Assembly (NCBI GenBank): GCA_017432345.1
Contig: JAFRJI010000014.1
Location: 48,820-112,819 of the forward strand
Source: Bacillota bacterium
GTDB taxonomy: Bacteria; Bacillota; Clostridia; Peptostreptococcales; Anaerovoracaceae
DNA length: 64,000 nucleotides
Reading direction: 5' to 3'
Every line of letters starts with the position of its first letter. Position 1 is the stretch's first letter. A program made the position numbers and the translations under genes. The notes beneath the pieces are model-generated. The model saw nothing but the letters and a program-made list of their open reading frames with translations. It had not been told where the DNA came from and made no database searches. Of the stretch, positions 37,751-48,101 are shown piece by piece.

Positions 37751-38635
37751 CATGGTCAGTTCTTTTAGGCGGCCGTTTTTCGCCGCTAAGATCAGACAGG
37801 CGAGGCCAAGGATCAGATCGGCCACCACGGCGGGAATCGCGCCCTCCACACCGAAGCTCGCGCTGTAGATCAGGTTTGTCCGCGCATTGGCAGCATCCAG
37901 GGTGAATACGGAACATTCCGATACGAGACCGCTGTTCGGCAACCCGAACAGGAAATTCTGTGTAAAGTTCCAGGCGGTGTGGATGCCCATCGGAAACCAG
38001 ATGCTTCCTGTATACCACTTCGCCAGCGAGAACGATAGGCCGCAGATTGCGATATCAAAGATCGGCAGGAAAGACGCGCCTTCATTGAATACATGCATGC
38101 CGGCAAAGAACAGCCCGTTAACGACGATGGCGACCCACAGCGGATAATGCACATTGATACGCTCATACATGAATCCCCGGCACCACAGTTCTTCGGTCGT
38201 GCTCTGGATGAACACGCACACCAGCGCAAACAGCAGCAGCGGGATCTGTGAAACGGCAAACTCCAGATACAGTTTGATATCGCCGTGAACGAGCGCGCAG
38301 ATGATACAGCCGAAATTCATCACAAATCCGACCAACAGCCCTTTCAGCAACATTCCAAAGGAATTATTCGCATGACCCGGCAGAAACGAGCGCAGAACGA
38401 ACCGGTTCCGCTTCGTGACCGCCGTATAGACGATGATCCCCAAAAAGCCGATGATCGTTGACAGGTACATCTCGATGATAAAAAGCATTCCGTCAGACAA
38501 GCCGCCAAGGCCGACCGTTTCGATCGTCCATTTATTGAATACGAAAAACTCGATCGTCGAAAAAATCAATACGTACCATAAAAGCACAACACCGATGATC
38601 CAAACGATGCGGTTGTTTTTTTCGGTTTTCTTCAC
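37733..38635 (-). CDS. CPBP (CAAX/Abi) intramembrane metalloprotease
   Basis: EELWCRG, FAGMH, HTAWN motifs. Confidence 0.9.
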   Translation of the reverse strand: MKKTEKNNRIVWIIGVVLLWYVLIFSTIEFFVFNKWTIETVGLGGLSDGMLFIIEMYLSTIIGFLGIIVYTAVTKRNRFVLRSFLPGHANNSFGMLLKGLLVGFVMNFGCIICALVHGDIKLYLEFAVSQIPLLLFALVCVFIQSTTEELWCRGFMYERINVHYPLWVAIVVNGLFFAGMHVFNEGASFLPIFDIAICGLSFSLAKWYTGSIWFPMGIHTAWNFTQNFLFGLPNSGLVSECSVFTLDAANARTNLIYSASFGVEGAIPAVVADLILGLACLILAAKNGRLKELTMKREDL

Positions 38636-39096
38636 TTTACTTCATCCTCTCTTACCAGGTTTTCACCCTGGTACTTCAATGTCATATTGATTGCATCTTC
38701 CCCCGCAATCAGTTTTTCCAGAAACAGCCGGTCGCCTTCCCAGATCGGCAGTTGCAGGACCTTTTCCTTTTCGATCCACTGGAGTGTGCCTTCGCTGCAC
38801 CGGTCCGGATCCACCGATGCGCCCTCCGGAGCCTTTGCAGAAAACAGATACATGTCTTCAAACTCCCACGCGTCGGAACGGAATTCGACGATGCCGTGGA
38901 ACTGCCAGAAAGAGAGCGTCAGTCCGGTCTCTTCCCGGACTTCCCGGAGCATGCATTCTTCGGCCGTCTCCCCTTCCAGGAACTTGCCGCCGATGCCGAT
39001 CCACTTCCCCGCGTTCGGATCGTTTTCTTTTTTGTTGCGGAACATCATAAGATATTTTCCATTGTCCTCAATGTAGCACAGCGTACATTTGATCAT
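38632..39096 (-). CDS. NUDIX hydrolase, 8-oxo-dGTPase (MutT/MutX-like)
   Basis: GGKFLEGETAEECMLREVREETGL Nudix box; start moved to MIKCTLCY behind a GGGAGAGG SD. Confidence 0.88.
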   Translation of the reverse strand: MIKCTLCYIEDNGKYLMMFRNKKENDPNAGKWIGIGGKFLEGETAEECMLREVREETGLTLSFWQFHGIVEFRSDAWEFEDMYLFSAKAPEGASVDPDRCSEGTLQWIEKEKVLQLPIWEGDRLFLEKLIAGEDAINMTLKYQGENLVREDEVK

Positions 39097-39174
39097 CTGC
39101 CCTCTCCCGTTTTCATCAAAAAACGCCAGGATCATTTGTTCATTCGTCCCGGCGTTTTGATTGACAGTAAGACT

Positions 39175-40287
39175 CTATTTTTCCGTTACTTTCGCATTTT
39201 CCCGGACAAAGTCGAGAACTTTATTTCTCAGAATCTGAATGTCGTAATAGTTGGCCTTCACATAGTCTTCGACGCTCATGCCGACCACTTCTTCAAACTG
39301 GTCTTCCGTCATGTCGGAATTCTCCAGGATCTCATCGTAGAATTCCTGTTTATCACTCCTCTTGACTTTGATGTGCTCCTTTTTAGCGATGGCATGCAGA
39401 GCCAGTTTCTCCTTGAGGGAATCTTTCGCAAAGGTCTTATACTGATCTTCCGTGATTCCAAGTGCCTCAGGGGTGGTTCCGTACTGCGACGCCATGTTCG
39501 CATACTGCGCCTTCTGGATCTCGATCTCCTGCTTCAGCAGATCCTTCGGGTACTTCTTTACCTTGGTCTTCTCTAGAACCTGTGCCCAAAGTTCTTCTTT
39601 CAGTGAGCTTTCAGCCTGCTCTTCTGCCTCTTCCTTGAGTTCCTTCTTTACAGACTTCTCGTATTCCTTCTTGGTCTTGCAATCCGAAACCTTTTTGATG
39701 AAGTCCATGTCATATTTATATTTGACCTTCTGCTTCTTGCTGTGGATGGTGATCTCGAACTCCGCGTCCTTGCCGGCAAGGTCTTTGGACTGATAATCCT
39801 TCGGGAACGTCACATTGATCGTGCAGGTGTCCCCGATCTTCTGGCCGATCAGAGCTTTTTCGAAGCCCGGAATCATCTTCCCGGATCCGATCTTGAGTTC
39901 CTGCTGCTTGGCGCTGCCGCCGTCAAACTTCTTTCCGTCGATCCGGCCGACATAATCGATCACGACCGTATCGCCCTTCTTGACCGTTCCTTTTTTGACT
40001 GTTTTCGTTGTGGCCGCATCCTTCACGCGCTGTTTGATCTCGTCCTGCACGTCTTTATTGCTGACCTTCACGGTTGTCAAGGTCCCCTTCAGGCCTTCAT
40101 ATTTCCCTACTTTGATGACCTTGTCATAGTTGATCTTGCTATAGGTATCCACATGGTCATAGATGATGATCCCAGCTCCCGCAATCACGATTGCCGCGAT
40201 GATGGCAGTCATGATCCAAGTGCTTCTCTTGACTTTCCTGTACCATGGGATTTTAACTTCTTCGATAACTTTTCTTTTCTTTGACAT
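39175..40287 (-). CDS. Trigger-factor-like FKBP PPIase/chaperone with N-terminal membrane anchor
   Basis: [29 protein letters not shown] plus TF C-terminal domain; N-terminal TM, no GFRxGxxP ribosome-binding motif. Confidence 0.85.
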   Translation of the reverse strand: MSKKRKVIEEVKIPWYRKVKRSTWIMTAIIAAIVIAGAGIIIYDHVDTYSKINYDKVIKVGKYEGLKGTLTTVKVSNKDVQDEIKQRVKDAATTKTVKKGTVKKGDTVVIDYVGRIDGKKFDGGSAKQQELKIGSGKMIPGFEKALIGQKIGDTCTINVTFPKDYQSKDLAGKDAEFEITIHSKKQKVKYKYDMDFIKKVSDCKTKKEYEKSVKKELKEEAEEQAESSLKEELWAQVLEKTKVKKYPKDLLKQEIEIQKAQYANMASQYGTTPEALGITEDQYKTFAKDSLKEKLALHAIAKKEHIKVKRSDKQEFYDEILENSDMTEDQFEEVVGMSVEDYVKANYYDIQILRNKVLDFVRENAKVTEK

Positions 40288-40394
40288 TTACTTGTCCCCT
40301 TTTCGTTTGATAGTTCAGCATTTGTATTATACTACAAAACCCCGGACATCGTACACAGAATTCACGACTTCAACACATAGTTTTCGGTTTCCAT

Positions 40395-41288
40395 TCACTT
40401 TTCTCCCCTTCCCAGCACGGCAAAAATACCGCAGAAGATCATCGCCATTCCCAGCGCGATCGTCCAGCTCATCGGCTCATGCAGAACCAGAACGCCGGAC
40501 AAGACTCCGACCGCAGGCACGCCCATGACCGCGATCGATGCCTGCCCCGCTTCCATATGCGTCAGGATATAATTCCACAGCACAAAAGCAAATGCCGATG
40601 CGATGAGTCCGTTGTACAGCAGCACTCCGATGGCTATCGCAGAGGACGTGACAGAAACAGAAAGAAGCTGCATCCCGCCCTGCAACGCGTCCTGCGCCCC
40701 GGTAAACAGATAAATAAGCAGGACAAACGAACCGCAGGCCATCTGCCATGCGGTATACTGCAGCATATCGCAATCGGCCAGCTTCGCCTTCAAGATGATA
40801 TTGGAGACGGCCCAGATAAGAGCTGCGCCGAGCGCCAGAAAGACTGCCCAGATATGCGGTGTCATATTGATATTCATCAGGATCGCGAGTCCGATCACGC
40901 TGAAAACAATTCCAAACAACTTGCGAAGGGTAAACCGTTCGCCAAGCAGAAACGCCGCCATGATGCAGACGAAGATCGACTGCATGTAATCCAATACCGC
41001 CGTCAGGCCAGCTCCGATATACATCGTGCAGATCTGGACGATCAGGTTGTTCATCGACATCATCAAGACACCGGTGACAGCGATCCATGGCCATACCTCC
41101 CGTGGCGGGATCAGCTTCCCGCGCGCCGCGCAGACGATCAGCAGCGCGATGGCTCCGATAGAGAATCTGCACGCAACAAAAAACATGGGCGGAAAGTAGT
41201 CATTGGCCACTCGCATGACCACCCAATTGAATCCCCATATCAAATATAACAGCAACAGCTGAGGCAGAACGGATCTATTTGTTTTCAT
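40395..41288 (-). CDS. DMT/EamA family transporter
   Basis: IWGFNWVV, FLLGER, VLHEP; start MKTNR chosen (uncertain). Confidence 0.85.
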   Translation of the reverse strand: MKTNRSVLPQLLLLYLIWGFNWVVMRVANDYFPPMFFVACRFSIGAIALLIVCAARGKLIPPREVWPWIAVTGVLMMSMNNLIVQICTMYIGAGLTAVLDYMQSIFVCIMAAFLLGERFTLRKLFGIVFSVIGLAILMNINMTPHIWAVFLALGAALIWAVSNIILKAKLADCDMLQYTAWQMACGSFVLLIYLFTGAQDALQGGMQLLSVSVTSSAIAIGVLLYNGLIASAFAFVLWNYILTHMEAGQASIAVMGVPAVGVLSGVLVLHEPMSWTIALGMAMIFCGIFAVLGRGEK

Positions 41289-41416
41289 ACTCATTATGAT
41301 ATCATATTGACCGCTGATTTGGGTTGACTGAACCCTCAAAAAATGAGATAATACCGCCGTATGCGACATTATTACATTATTCATTATTAAATACGTTAGA
41401 GGGAGAGTTATTACAA

Positions 41417-42775
41417 ATGGAAAATCAACTTGAGAAAAGATACGGTCTGATCACTGCGATCTGCGTCGTGGTCGGTATCGTTGTCGGTTCGGGCGTCTTC
41501 TTCAAGGCGGAGAAGATTCTGGTCTGCACCGACGGAAGAACTTCGCTCGGCATTCTGGCATGGCTGATCGGCGGCATCATCATGGTTTCCTGCGCCTACG
41601 TGTTCGGTATTCTGGCGTCACACCATGAGAAGTGCAACGGCATCGTCGACTATGCGGAAGAAATGTGCGGCGAAAAGTACGGCTATATCGTCGGTTGGTT
41701 CATGGCGACCATCTACTATCCGACGCTTACTTCAGTACTGGCATGGGTCACAGCCAGATACTTCTGTGTTCTTATCGGATGGGACATCGTCGGCCCGCAG
41801 TGTATGGCGCTGGCCGGTTTCTTCCTGATCCTGGCCTTTGTCAGCAACGCACTGAGCCCGGTCATTGCCGGCAAGGTGCAGGTTGCCTGTACAGTCATCA
41901 AGTTCATCCCGCTTCTGCTGATGGCGATCGTTGGAACCATCTTCGGACTTCACAGCGGAATGACGGTCGAGAACTTCCACTATGTTGCACAAGATGCAGG
42001 TCCTGCGGGAAGCGCTCTGTTCACAGCGGTCTGCGCAACTTCCTTCGCCTATGAAGGCTGGATCATCGCGACCTCCATCAACTCCGAGATCAAAGATTCC
42101 AAGAAGAATCTGCCGAGAGCTCTGTTCGGCGGCGCACTGATCGTTGTATTCATCTACATCGTTTACTACCTCGGTCTGGCAGGCGCAGTCGACAACGAGA
42201 CCATGATGGCCGGCGGCGAAGCAGCTGCTAAGATCGCATTCACCACGCTGTTCGCACGCGTCGGCGGCACCGGCGTATTCGTCCTGATCGTCGTTTCCTG
42301 CTACGGAGTTCTGAACGGTCTGATGATGGCCAATGTACGTGGTTTTTACTCACTGGCTATCCGCGGCAAAGGCTACAACCCTAAGATGTTCTGCCAGGTC
42401 GATCCGATTACCAACATGCCGACCAACGCATCTATTATTGGTCTGCTGATCGCCGGATGGTGGCTGCTGTACTTCTATGGCGCGAACCTTACGGCCCCAT
42501 GGTTCGGTCCGTTCTGCTTCGACACATCCGAACTGCCGATCATCACGATCTATGCGATGTACATTCCACTCTTCATCGTGCTGATCAAGCGCATCAAGAA
42601 CTACAACGTCACAGCGATCGTTCCGGTTATCGCGATCCTCGGATCCCTGTTCATGGTCGTTGCGGCGATATTTGCACATCAGATGGCGGTCGTCTATTAT
42701 TTGATCGTATTCGTCGTGGTCATCCTTATCGGCATTCCGAGGATGAACTCGGTTCCGATGGATAAACTGAAATAA
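41417..42775 (+). CDS. APC family amino acid permease
   Basis: GIVVGSGVFF, FAYEGW, about 12 TM; GAGGGAG SD. Confidence 0.9.
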   Translation: MENQLEKRYGLITAICVVVGIVVGSGVFFKAEKILVCTDGRTSLGILAWLIGGIIMVSCAYVFGILASHHEKCNGIVDYAEEMCGEKYGYIVGWFMATIYYPTLTSVLAWVTARYFCVLIGWDIVGPQCMALAGFFLILAFVSNALSPVIAGKVQVACTVIKFIPLLLMAIVGTIFGLHSGMTVENFHYVAQDAGPAGSALFTAVCATSFAYEGWIIATSINSEIKDSKKNLPRALFGGALIVVFIYIVYYLGLAGAVDNETMMAGGEAAAKIAFTTLFARVGGTGVFVLIVVSCYGVLNGLMMANVRGFYSLAIRGKGYNPKMFCQVDPITNMPTNASIIGLLIAGWWLLYFYGANLTAPWFGPFCFDTSELPIITIYAMYIPLFIVLIKRIKNYNVTAIVPVIAILGSLFMVVAAIFAHQMAVVYYLIVFVVVILIGIPRMNSVPMDKLK

Positions 42776-42791
42776 GCGGACAACATTCAAT

Positions 42792-42835
42792 AAAAATAAG
42801 CGTCGGGGCAGCTATTGCCCTGACGCTTTTGTTTT
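42792..42835. terminator. Bidirectional terminator
   Basis: AAGCGTCGGGGCA-GCTAT-TGCCCTGACGCTT flanked by A/T runs. Confidence 0.8.
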
Positions 42836-42842
42836 ACGCTAC

Positions 42843-43907
42843 TTATTTTTCTTTGATTGCCCGGTGCAGTTCTTCCGGCATGCTGCGGGCGCTCCGCACC
42901 ACCGACCCGCCGTGCGCTTTGATAAAGGCGAGCGGATACCGGTCCGGCGGATATTTCTCGATCAGCCGGATCCGCATGGAGCGGTCATAGCCTTTGCGCC
43001 CCTTGAAAAGACCGTTGTATCCCAGATCCGCCTCGACGACTTCGCAGCGGTAGATGATGGCGGAAAACGGCGCGGAGCAGTAGATGTAGACCTCGTCGCC
43101 GGCCTTGATGTTGTTGTGCTGATGCCAGCTGATCACACCTCCGCCGGCGCGGAATCCCCTATCGACATCGTAGACCTTCGGATTGGACGGGATCATCCAC
43201 GCGCCCGATGCCGAAACTTTGCCAGCGGGTTTTCCCGATGCCAATCGGTAACTCTTGCGGATCAGTGCTTTGACATCTGCATCGGATACCGTGTCGTCCA
43301 TAACGACACTGATCCAGTGCTTTTTGTTCATGTGCCAGGCCGGAAATATCCCCGGAGTCTGAACGATCGTCGGAATCTCATCCGGATCGGCCTTCAGATT
43401 GATGACCTCCACGATCTGATCCGCGTCCTCATCACCGGTCAGTTTCCCGTACTCCACGTCCAGCAGCGCGGCGAACCACTTCTCGTTGTTTGCGCATTTG
43501 AACGTGCCGCACCCGGGATACCGCTCCCACGGAAACTCGGCCGCGACACCGTATTCGCTGCGGATCCAGGACTCGATCCGGTTCGATTGGTCATACACAA
43601 AATGCACCGGTACGAAGCACGCGTCAAGGATTTCCTGCAAAACCCCCAGATACGCTTCGCGTACGGAACCGATGAATCCGCCGACCTGATGCTGAAGACG
43701 GATCGGCAGGTATTCTTCCTCCGTTTCCACGTCGATCACACGTCCTGTTACGATCCCCGTTTCCGAGATGGTCAGCTCCGCACGGAACTGCCGATCAAAA
43801 AACGCGGCGCTGTAAAAATAGTTGCCCTTTTCCTTCAGGAACCCGGATCGCTCCAGTTTTCGGAAATCCGGTCTGCTTCTCTTGAAAAACTCCGATTCTA
43901 TACTCAT
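42843..43907 (-). CDS. MmcQ/YjbR family protein with C-terminal EVE/PUA-like domain
   Basis: KWFA, INLK, PAWHMNKKHWISV (YjbR); WMIPSNP...W...GDEVYIY (EVE-like). Confidence 0.8.
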   Translation of the reverse strand: MSIESEFFKRSRPDFRKLERSGFLKEKGNYFYSAAFFDRQFRAELTISETGIVTGRVIDVETEEEYLPIRLQHQVGGFIGSVREAYLGVLQEILDACFVPVHFVYDQSNRIESWIRSEYGVAAEFPWERYPGCGTFKCANNEKWFAALLDVEYGKLTGDEDADQIVEVINLKADPDEIPTIVQTPGIFPAWHMNKKHWISVVMDDTVSDADVKALIRKSYRLASGKPAGKVSASGAWMIPSNPKVYDVDRGFRAGGGVISWHQHNNIKAGDEVYIYCSAPFSAIIYRCEVVEADLGYNGLFKGRKGYDRSMRIRLIEKYPPDRYPLAFIKAHGGSVVRSARSMPEELHRAIKEK

Positions 43908-43921
43908 CTTTTATTAGATCC

Positions 43922-44470
43922 TTATTTCTTCTGGAATTCCGCTTCCGGATCGATCATCGTCCTCCAACCGAAGCGGTAGATTGAAATCAACACGGATACG
44001 ATGATAATGACTTCATTCAGAATGGCCGAATAAGCACCCACTATAATATCGTAGACGATCCATGGCGGTGAAATGCAGGTCAGTCCCGTCAGCCGGATAA
44101 TCCCCGCATTGTTCGTCCACATGCCGATCGTGCCTGTGGTGATAATGAACAGCGGAATCAGGCTGATCGGCCCGTCCCATGAGAACCAGGTGATGACGAT
44201 GGCGATTGCGATAAAGATTGGAAGCCAGCCTTTGAAACGGACCCATGCCCATTGGTTGTACTTGCTCAACATGAGATTCCGCACTATGACAAAGACCTGG
44301 CTGAGGCAGCCGGTATAGGCTCCCAGGAGAAAATATTGAATGGCAAAGGCCCCGCATCCTGCCGCCTGCAGCAGGTACAGACCCTTGTTGGATTTTACCT
44401 GATACGAAAGCAGGAAGCAGATCGTCGCTATGATGCCAAAGCTTTGTACGATGACAAAATGCAGATCCAT
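43922..44470 (-). CDS. YgjV-like inner membrane protein
   Basis: QSFG..SYQ, YFLLGAYTG, W..YD..VG pattern; hydrophobic. Confidence 0.75.
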   Translation of the reverse strand: MDLHFVIVQSFGIIATICFLLSYQVKSNKGLYLLQAAGCGAFAIQYFLLGAYTGCLSQVFVIVRNLMLSKYNQWAWVRFKGWLPIFIAIAIVITWFSWDGPISLIPLFIITTGTIGMWTNNAGIIRLTGLTCISPPWIVYDIIVGAYSAILNEVIIIVSVLISIYRFGWRTMIDPEAEFQKK

Positions 44471-45337
44471 CTAAATGATCTCCACATCGTTCAGGAAACG
44501 CCTCAGTCCTATCGGCGCTTTCGACAGATCGGCCAGATTCGTCCACCCGAGGTGGACCAGTTTGTTTTTGCCATGATAATCGCTGCCGGCAGTGACATAT
44601 AAATGGTAATGTGCCGCGAAATCGAGTGTTTGTTTCTGGATCTTCGGCGAGAATCCGGAGTAGAACGCTTCGACGCCTGCCAGCCCAAACTCCATCAGGC
44701 GCTGCAGCCGCTCGTCCATTTCTTCGCCCAGTATCAGCTGGTCGCCGTCCCCATATGCCGGGTGCGCGAGAATCGGAATCCCGCCGCTATTGATAATGCC
44801 TTCAATGGCTTTTTCCGGACGCACGTGCGCGCTTTGGAAATGTTTCTTATCGATATATTGAGTGATGGCCTCCTGTATATCTTTCGCATATCCATGCAAG
44901 ATCATCAAGTTCGCAATATGCGGCTTGCCAGGATTGTCTCTGGCAAGAAGCGCTTGTATCTCTTCATCGGTGAAGGTGAATCCGAATGTTTTCCTCAGAA
45001 ATGTCAGGCGTTCCTTCGTTTTCTCCATGCGCAGCGCATGTCCCTCGTCGACGACCTCCGCGATTCCAGGGACGTCCGGATCGTACCCGTATCCTAAAAT
45101 GTGGTACTTTCCGTTTTCATCTTCGCACGAAAACTCGACGCCGCGCAGAAAATACGGCCTCCGATCTGTCTCCAGATCTGCCAGCAACTGCGGCATCTCG
45201 ATGCCTGCCCGGATCGAGTCGTGATCTGTGACCGAAAACAGATCGAGACCCACCTCGCGGACATGTTCTATGATTTCTTCCAGGCTGTCCGTCCCGTCCG
45301 AATAGGTTGTATGCATATGCAAGTCTATCTTCTTCAT
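44471..45337 (-). CDS. PHP domain metallophosphoesterase (TrpH/YciV-like)
   Basis: DLHMHTTYSDG, TDHD, LAHP, GSDYHG. Confidence 0.9.
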   Translation of the reverse strand: MKKIDLHMHTTYSDGTDSLEEIIEHVREVGLDLFSVTDHDSIRAGIEMPQLLADLETDRRPYFLRGVEFSCEDENGKYHILGYGYDPDVPGIAEVVDEGHALRMEKTKERLTFLRKTFGFTFTDEEIQALLARDNPGKPHIANLMILHGYAKDIQEAITQYIDKKHFQSAHVRPEKAIEGIINSGGIPILAHPAYGDGDQLILGEEMDERLQRLMEFGLAGVEAFYSGFSPKIQKQTLDFAAHYHLYVTAGSDYHGKNKLVHLGWTNLADLSKAPIGLRRFLNDVEII

Positions 45338-45346
45338 TTCACAGGT

Positions 45347-46141
45347 TTAAGCGACAAACGCTTTCCAATCTTTCACGCTATATAACGGTATCAACGGTAT
45401 CATGATCGGAACGGTGCGGACATATTCCCGGTAGACCGGGTCGTTCCCATAATTGCGTTCCTGTCGCAGTTCAAGACGGCGGGCGCCGCTGAACATGACA
45501 TAAATGATCCCCAAAAAACCGAGGATCGCAATGACCCATTGCAAGGCGCCGTTAAGGTATGGCGCGCCTGTTACCAGAACGCCGGTCCATAAGCACAGTT
45601 CGCCCAGATAATTCGGGCAGCGGACGATCCGGTACAGTCCAGTATCGACAAACCGCTGCGGATTCTTATTCTTGGCAGCCGTCTTTTGGATATCCGCAGC
45701 GATCTCAAGGGCTATGCCGAGTGCCATTGGGCAAAGACCGATCCATGCTGCCGCACCATCGCGTCCCGTACCGTTTTCCAGACGGAAAATGACCGGACTC
45801 GTCTGCAGGAAATAGAGAATCCCGCAGGAAATCCAAATCGCCAGTTTCACGCCCATCGGCATGGTTTTGCTCCGATCCGTTTCCGGTTTCAGGATCTTAT
45901 TGTATGCGGTGCTTTTGCTTTCGCGCAGAAGAAGGTAGCCGCCCAAACGAATTCCATACAGCACAAACAGAAGACACGCAATCAATGTCACCGGCGTGAG
46001 GGAACTGTGGAACAGTATCAGAAGCGCGGCGCCGATACCGGCAACCGAAAATCCATAGCCCACAGAAAAGAAATATATATACTTGTAATAACCAATCGAG
46101 CAAAGCAGTAAGCTTACTGCCAAAATAATAATATAAGTCAT
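45347..46141 (-). CDS. DUF1295 / steroid 5-alpha-reductase-like membrane protein
   Basis: ADIQK, GLYRIVRCPNYLGE. Confidence 0.82.
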   Translation of the reverse strand: MTYIIILAVSLLLCSIGYYKYIYFFSVGYGFSVAGIGAALLILFHSSLTPVTLIACLLFVLYGIRLGGYLLLRESKSTAYNKILKPETDRSKTMPMGVKLAIWISCGILYFLQTSPVIFRLENGTGRDGAAAWIGLCPMALGIALEIAADIQKTAAKNKNPQRFVDTGLYRIVRCPNYLGELCLWTGVLVTGAPYLNGALQWVIAILGFLGIIYVMFSGARRLELRQERNYGNDPVYREYVRTVPIMIPLIPLYSVKDWKAFVA

Positions 46142-46180
46142 ATCGCTATTTTACCACAAATGCATGATCCTTTCATGTCC

Positions 46181-46699
46181 TCACACTTGAATCTGGCACG
46201 TCCGCATGGTCTGCAAGGCAGCTTCATGGGTCTGCGGCGTCACCCCGGCACAACAGGATGGATCCACGGAGATTCTGACTTCCGGCATCATCGCCTTTAA
46301 GAGCAGCGCGTTGGATACGACACAAATATCTGTGCAAAGTCCTACCAGCTCCAGTTCAAACGGTTCTTTCGCAAAGCGCTCCTTCAGATCGTTCGCCATC
46401 TGAACGCTTCCGAACGTCGGTTTCTCATAGATCTTTGCTCTTTGCAGCAGATCCGCAATATCTTCCCGGATTCCCCAGCCGTTGCTGCCCCGGATGCAAT
46501 GCTCCACCGGAAGGTTCTGTCCTTCCTGCGTCTGCAGATAGTCTTCGCCGTGGGTATCCATCGTTGCGATGACATCTTCAGGTGGGTAAGAACGGATTTT
46601 ATTCTTTACGTTCTCGACGATTTCTACCGCCTCTTTCGTTCCCAGAGCACCGTCGATAAAATCGTTCTGCATGTCTATCACGATCAATAGTTTTTTCAT
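46181..46699 (-). CDS. Isochorismatase/nicotinamidase family cysteine hydrolase
   Basis: IDMQNDF, DTH, HC, EKPTFGS, GLCTDICV; GAGGT SD before MKKLL. Confidence 0.88.
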   Translation of the reverse strand: MKKLLIVIDMQNDFIDGALGTKEAVEIVENVKNKIRSYPPEDVIATMDTHGEDYLQTQEGQNLPVEHCIRGSNGWGIREDIADLLQRAKIYEKPTFGSVQMANDLKERFAKEPFELELVGLCTDICVVSNALLLKAMMPEVRISVDPSCCAGVTPQTHEAALQTMRTCQIQV

Positions 46700-46738
46700 G
46701 GGATTTACCTCTCTTTTTTTGTATATCATTCAACGGGC

Positions 46739-48082
46739 TTACGCATAGCCGTATCTTTTCCTAAGTATTACAACGAAGATGATGACCGGTATGATCGATC
46801 CTGCTTCGGCGACGCCCGCCGACATCCAGATGCCGTTCAGCGCGAAGAATATCGGGAGTATCATGACCGAACCGATTTCGCAGATCACGACCCGGACGGT
46901 TGCGATGAACGCGGATACGACCCCGTTGTTCAGCGCGGTGAACATCCCGGTCACGAAGATATTGATTCCGCATGTAATGAAGATCAGCGCGTAGATCCGC
47001 ATCCCGTGGACTGCCATATCGACCAGATCCGCGTCATACCCAATGAAGATGGAAACCAATGGCCGCGCGAAAATGATGAGGATGGCCAGCATGATCAGTC
47101 CGCCGCTTTCCATCAGGATCATGCTTTTCTTGAACAGATTCTTCATTTCCGTTTGATTTTCAGCGCCGAAATTGTAGCTGAACAGAGGCTGAACGCCCAT
47201 GTTGTACCCGGCGAAGATCGCGAAGAATATGAACGTGCAGTACTGCATGACACCGAAAGCCGCGACGCCATCCGCGCCGGCAAGTCGGAGCAGTTGGAAA
47301 TTGTAGAGCATGGATACGACGGATTCGGAAATGGTGGATACGAACTCCGACAGTCCGTTCGAGCACGCCTTGCCGAGGGCGCGGATATCCACTTGCGGTT
47401 TGCCGATCCGGAGCAGGCTGTCATTTGGACGGCAAAAGTAGATCAGAGGCGTGATTCCCCCTACGAGTTCGCTGATACTTGTCGCTATGGCCGCTCCTGC
47501 AACACCCCACTGGAATACGACGATCATGAGAAAATCCAGCACCATATTTGTCACGCCTGTTATCACAGTGATCCAGAATCCCAGACGCGGTTTCTCGGCA
47601 GTAACAAACAGGATCTGGAACAAAAATTGAAGCATGTAGCAAGGCAGCGTGAACATCCCGATGATGCCGTACACCATGCAGTACCTCACCATGTTTTCTT
47701 CCACGCCGATCAGCCCGATCGCAGGCCGCAAGACAAAGAACCCGATGATGGCCATGACGACGCCGACTGCAATGCAGACATAGACGAAAAATGAAAAATA
47801 GCCATTTGCTTCCTCGGGTTTCTGTTCACCGAGCCTTTTGCCGATGATCGCCGATCCGCCGGTGCCGATCATCAGTCCGAATACGCCGAGAATCGAGAAT
47901 ATCGGGAACGTGACATTGACCGACGCGAATGCGACCTTGCCGACGAAATTGGAAATGAACAATCCATCTACGATGCCATAGATGGACAGAAAAATCATAT
48001 TCGCGATCGTCGGCAGGACAAACACAAAAAGCCTTTTGTATGTAAAATGATCCGACAACTGGATCCGGTTTTCTTTACTCAT
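46739..48082 (-). CDS. MATE family efflux transporter
   Basis: IVDGLFISNFVG, GVAGAAIAT, SYNFGA; 12 TM. Confidence 0.92.
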   Translation of the reverse strand: MSKENRIQLSDHFTYKRLFVFVLPTIANMIFLSIYGIVDGLFISNFVGKVAFASVNVTFPIFSILGVFGLMIGTGGSAIIGKRLGEQKPEEANGYFSFFVYVCIAVGVVMAIIGFFVLRPAIGLIGVEENMVRYCMVYGIIGMFTLPCYMLQFLFQILFVTAEKPRLGFWITVITGVTNMVLDFLMIVVFQWGVAGAAIATSISELVGGITPLIYFCRPNDSLLRIGKPQVDIRALGKACSNGLSEFVSTISESVVSMLYNFQLLRLAGADGVAAFGVMQYCTFIFFAIFAGYNMGVQPLFSYNFGAENQTEMKNLFKKSMILMESGGLIMLAILIIFARPLVSIFIGYDADLVDMAVHGMRIYALIFITCGINIFVTGMFTALNNGVVSAFIATVRVVICEIGSVMILPIFFALNGIWMSAGVAEAGSIIPVIIFVVILRKRYGYA

Positions 48083-48101
48083 GAATCGAGCGATCCCCTT
48101 T

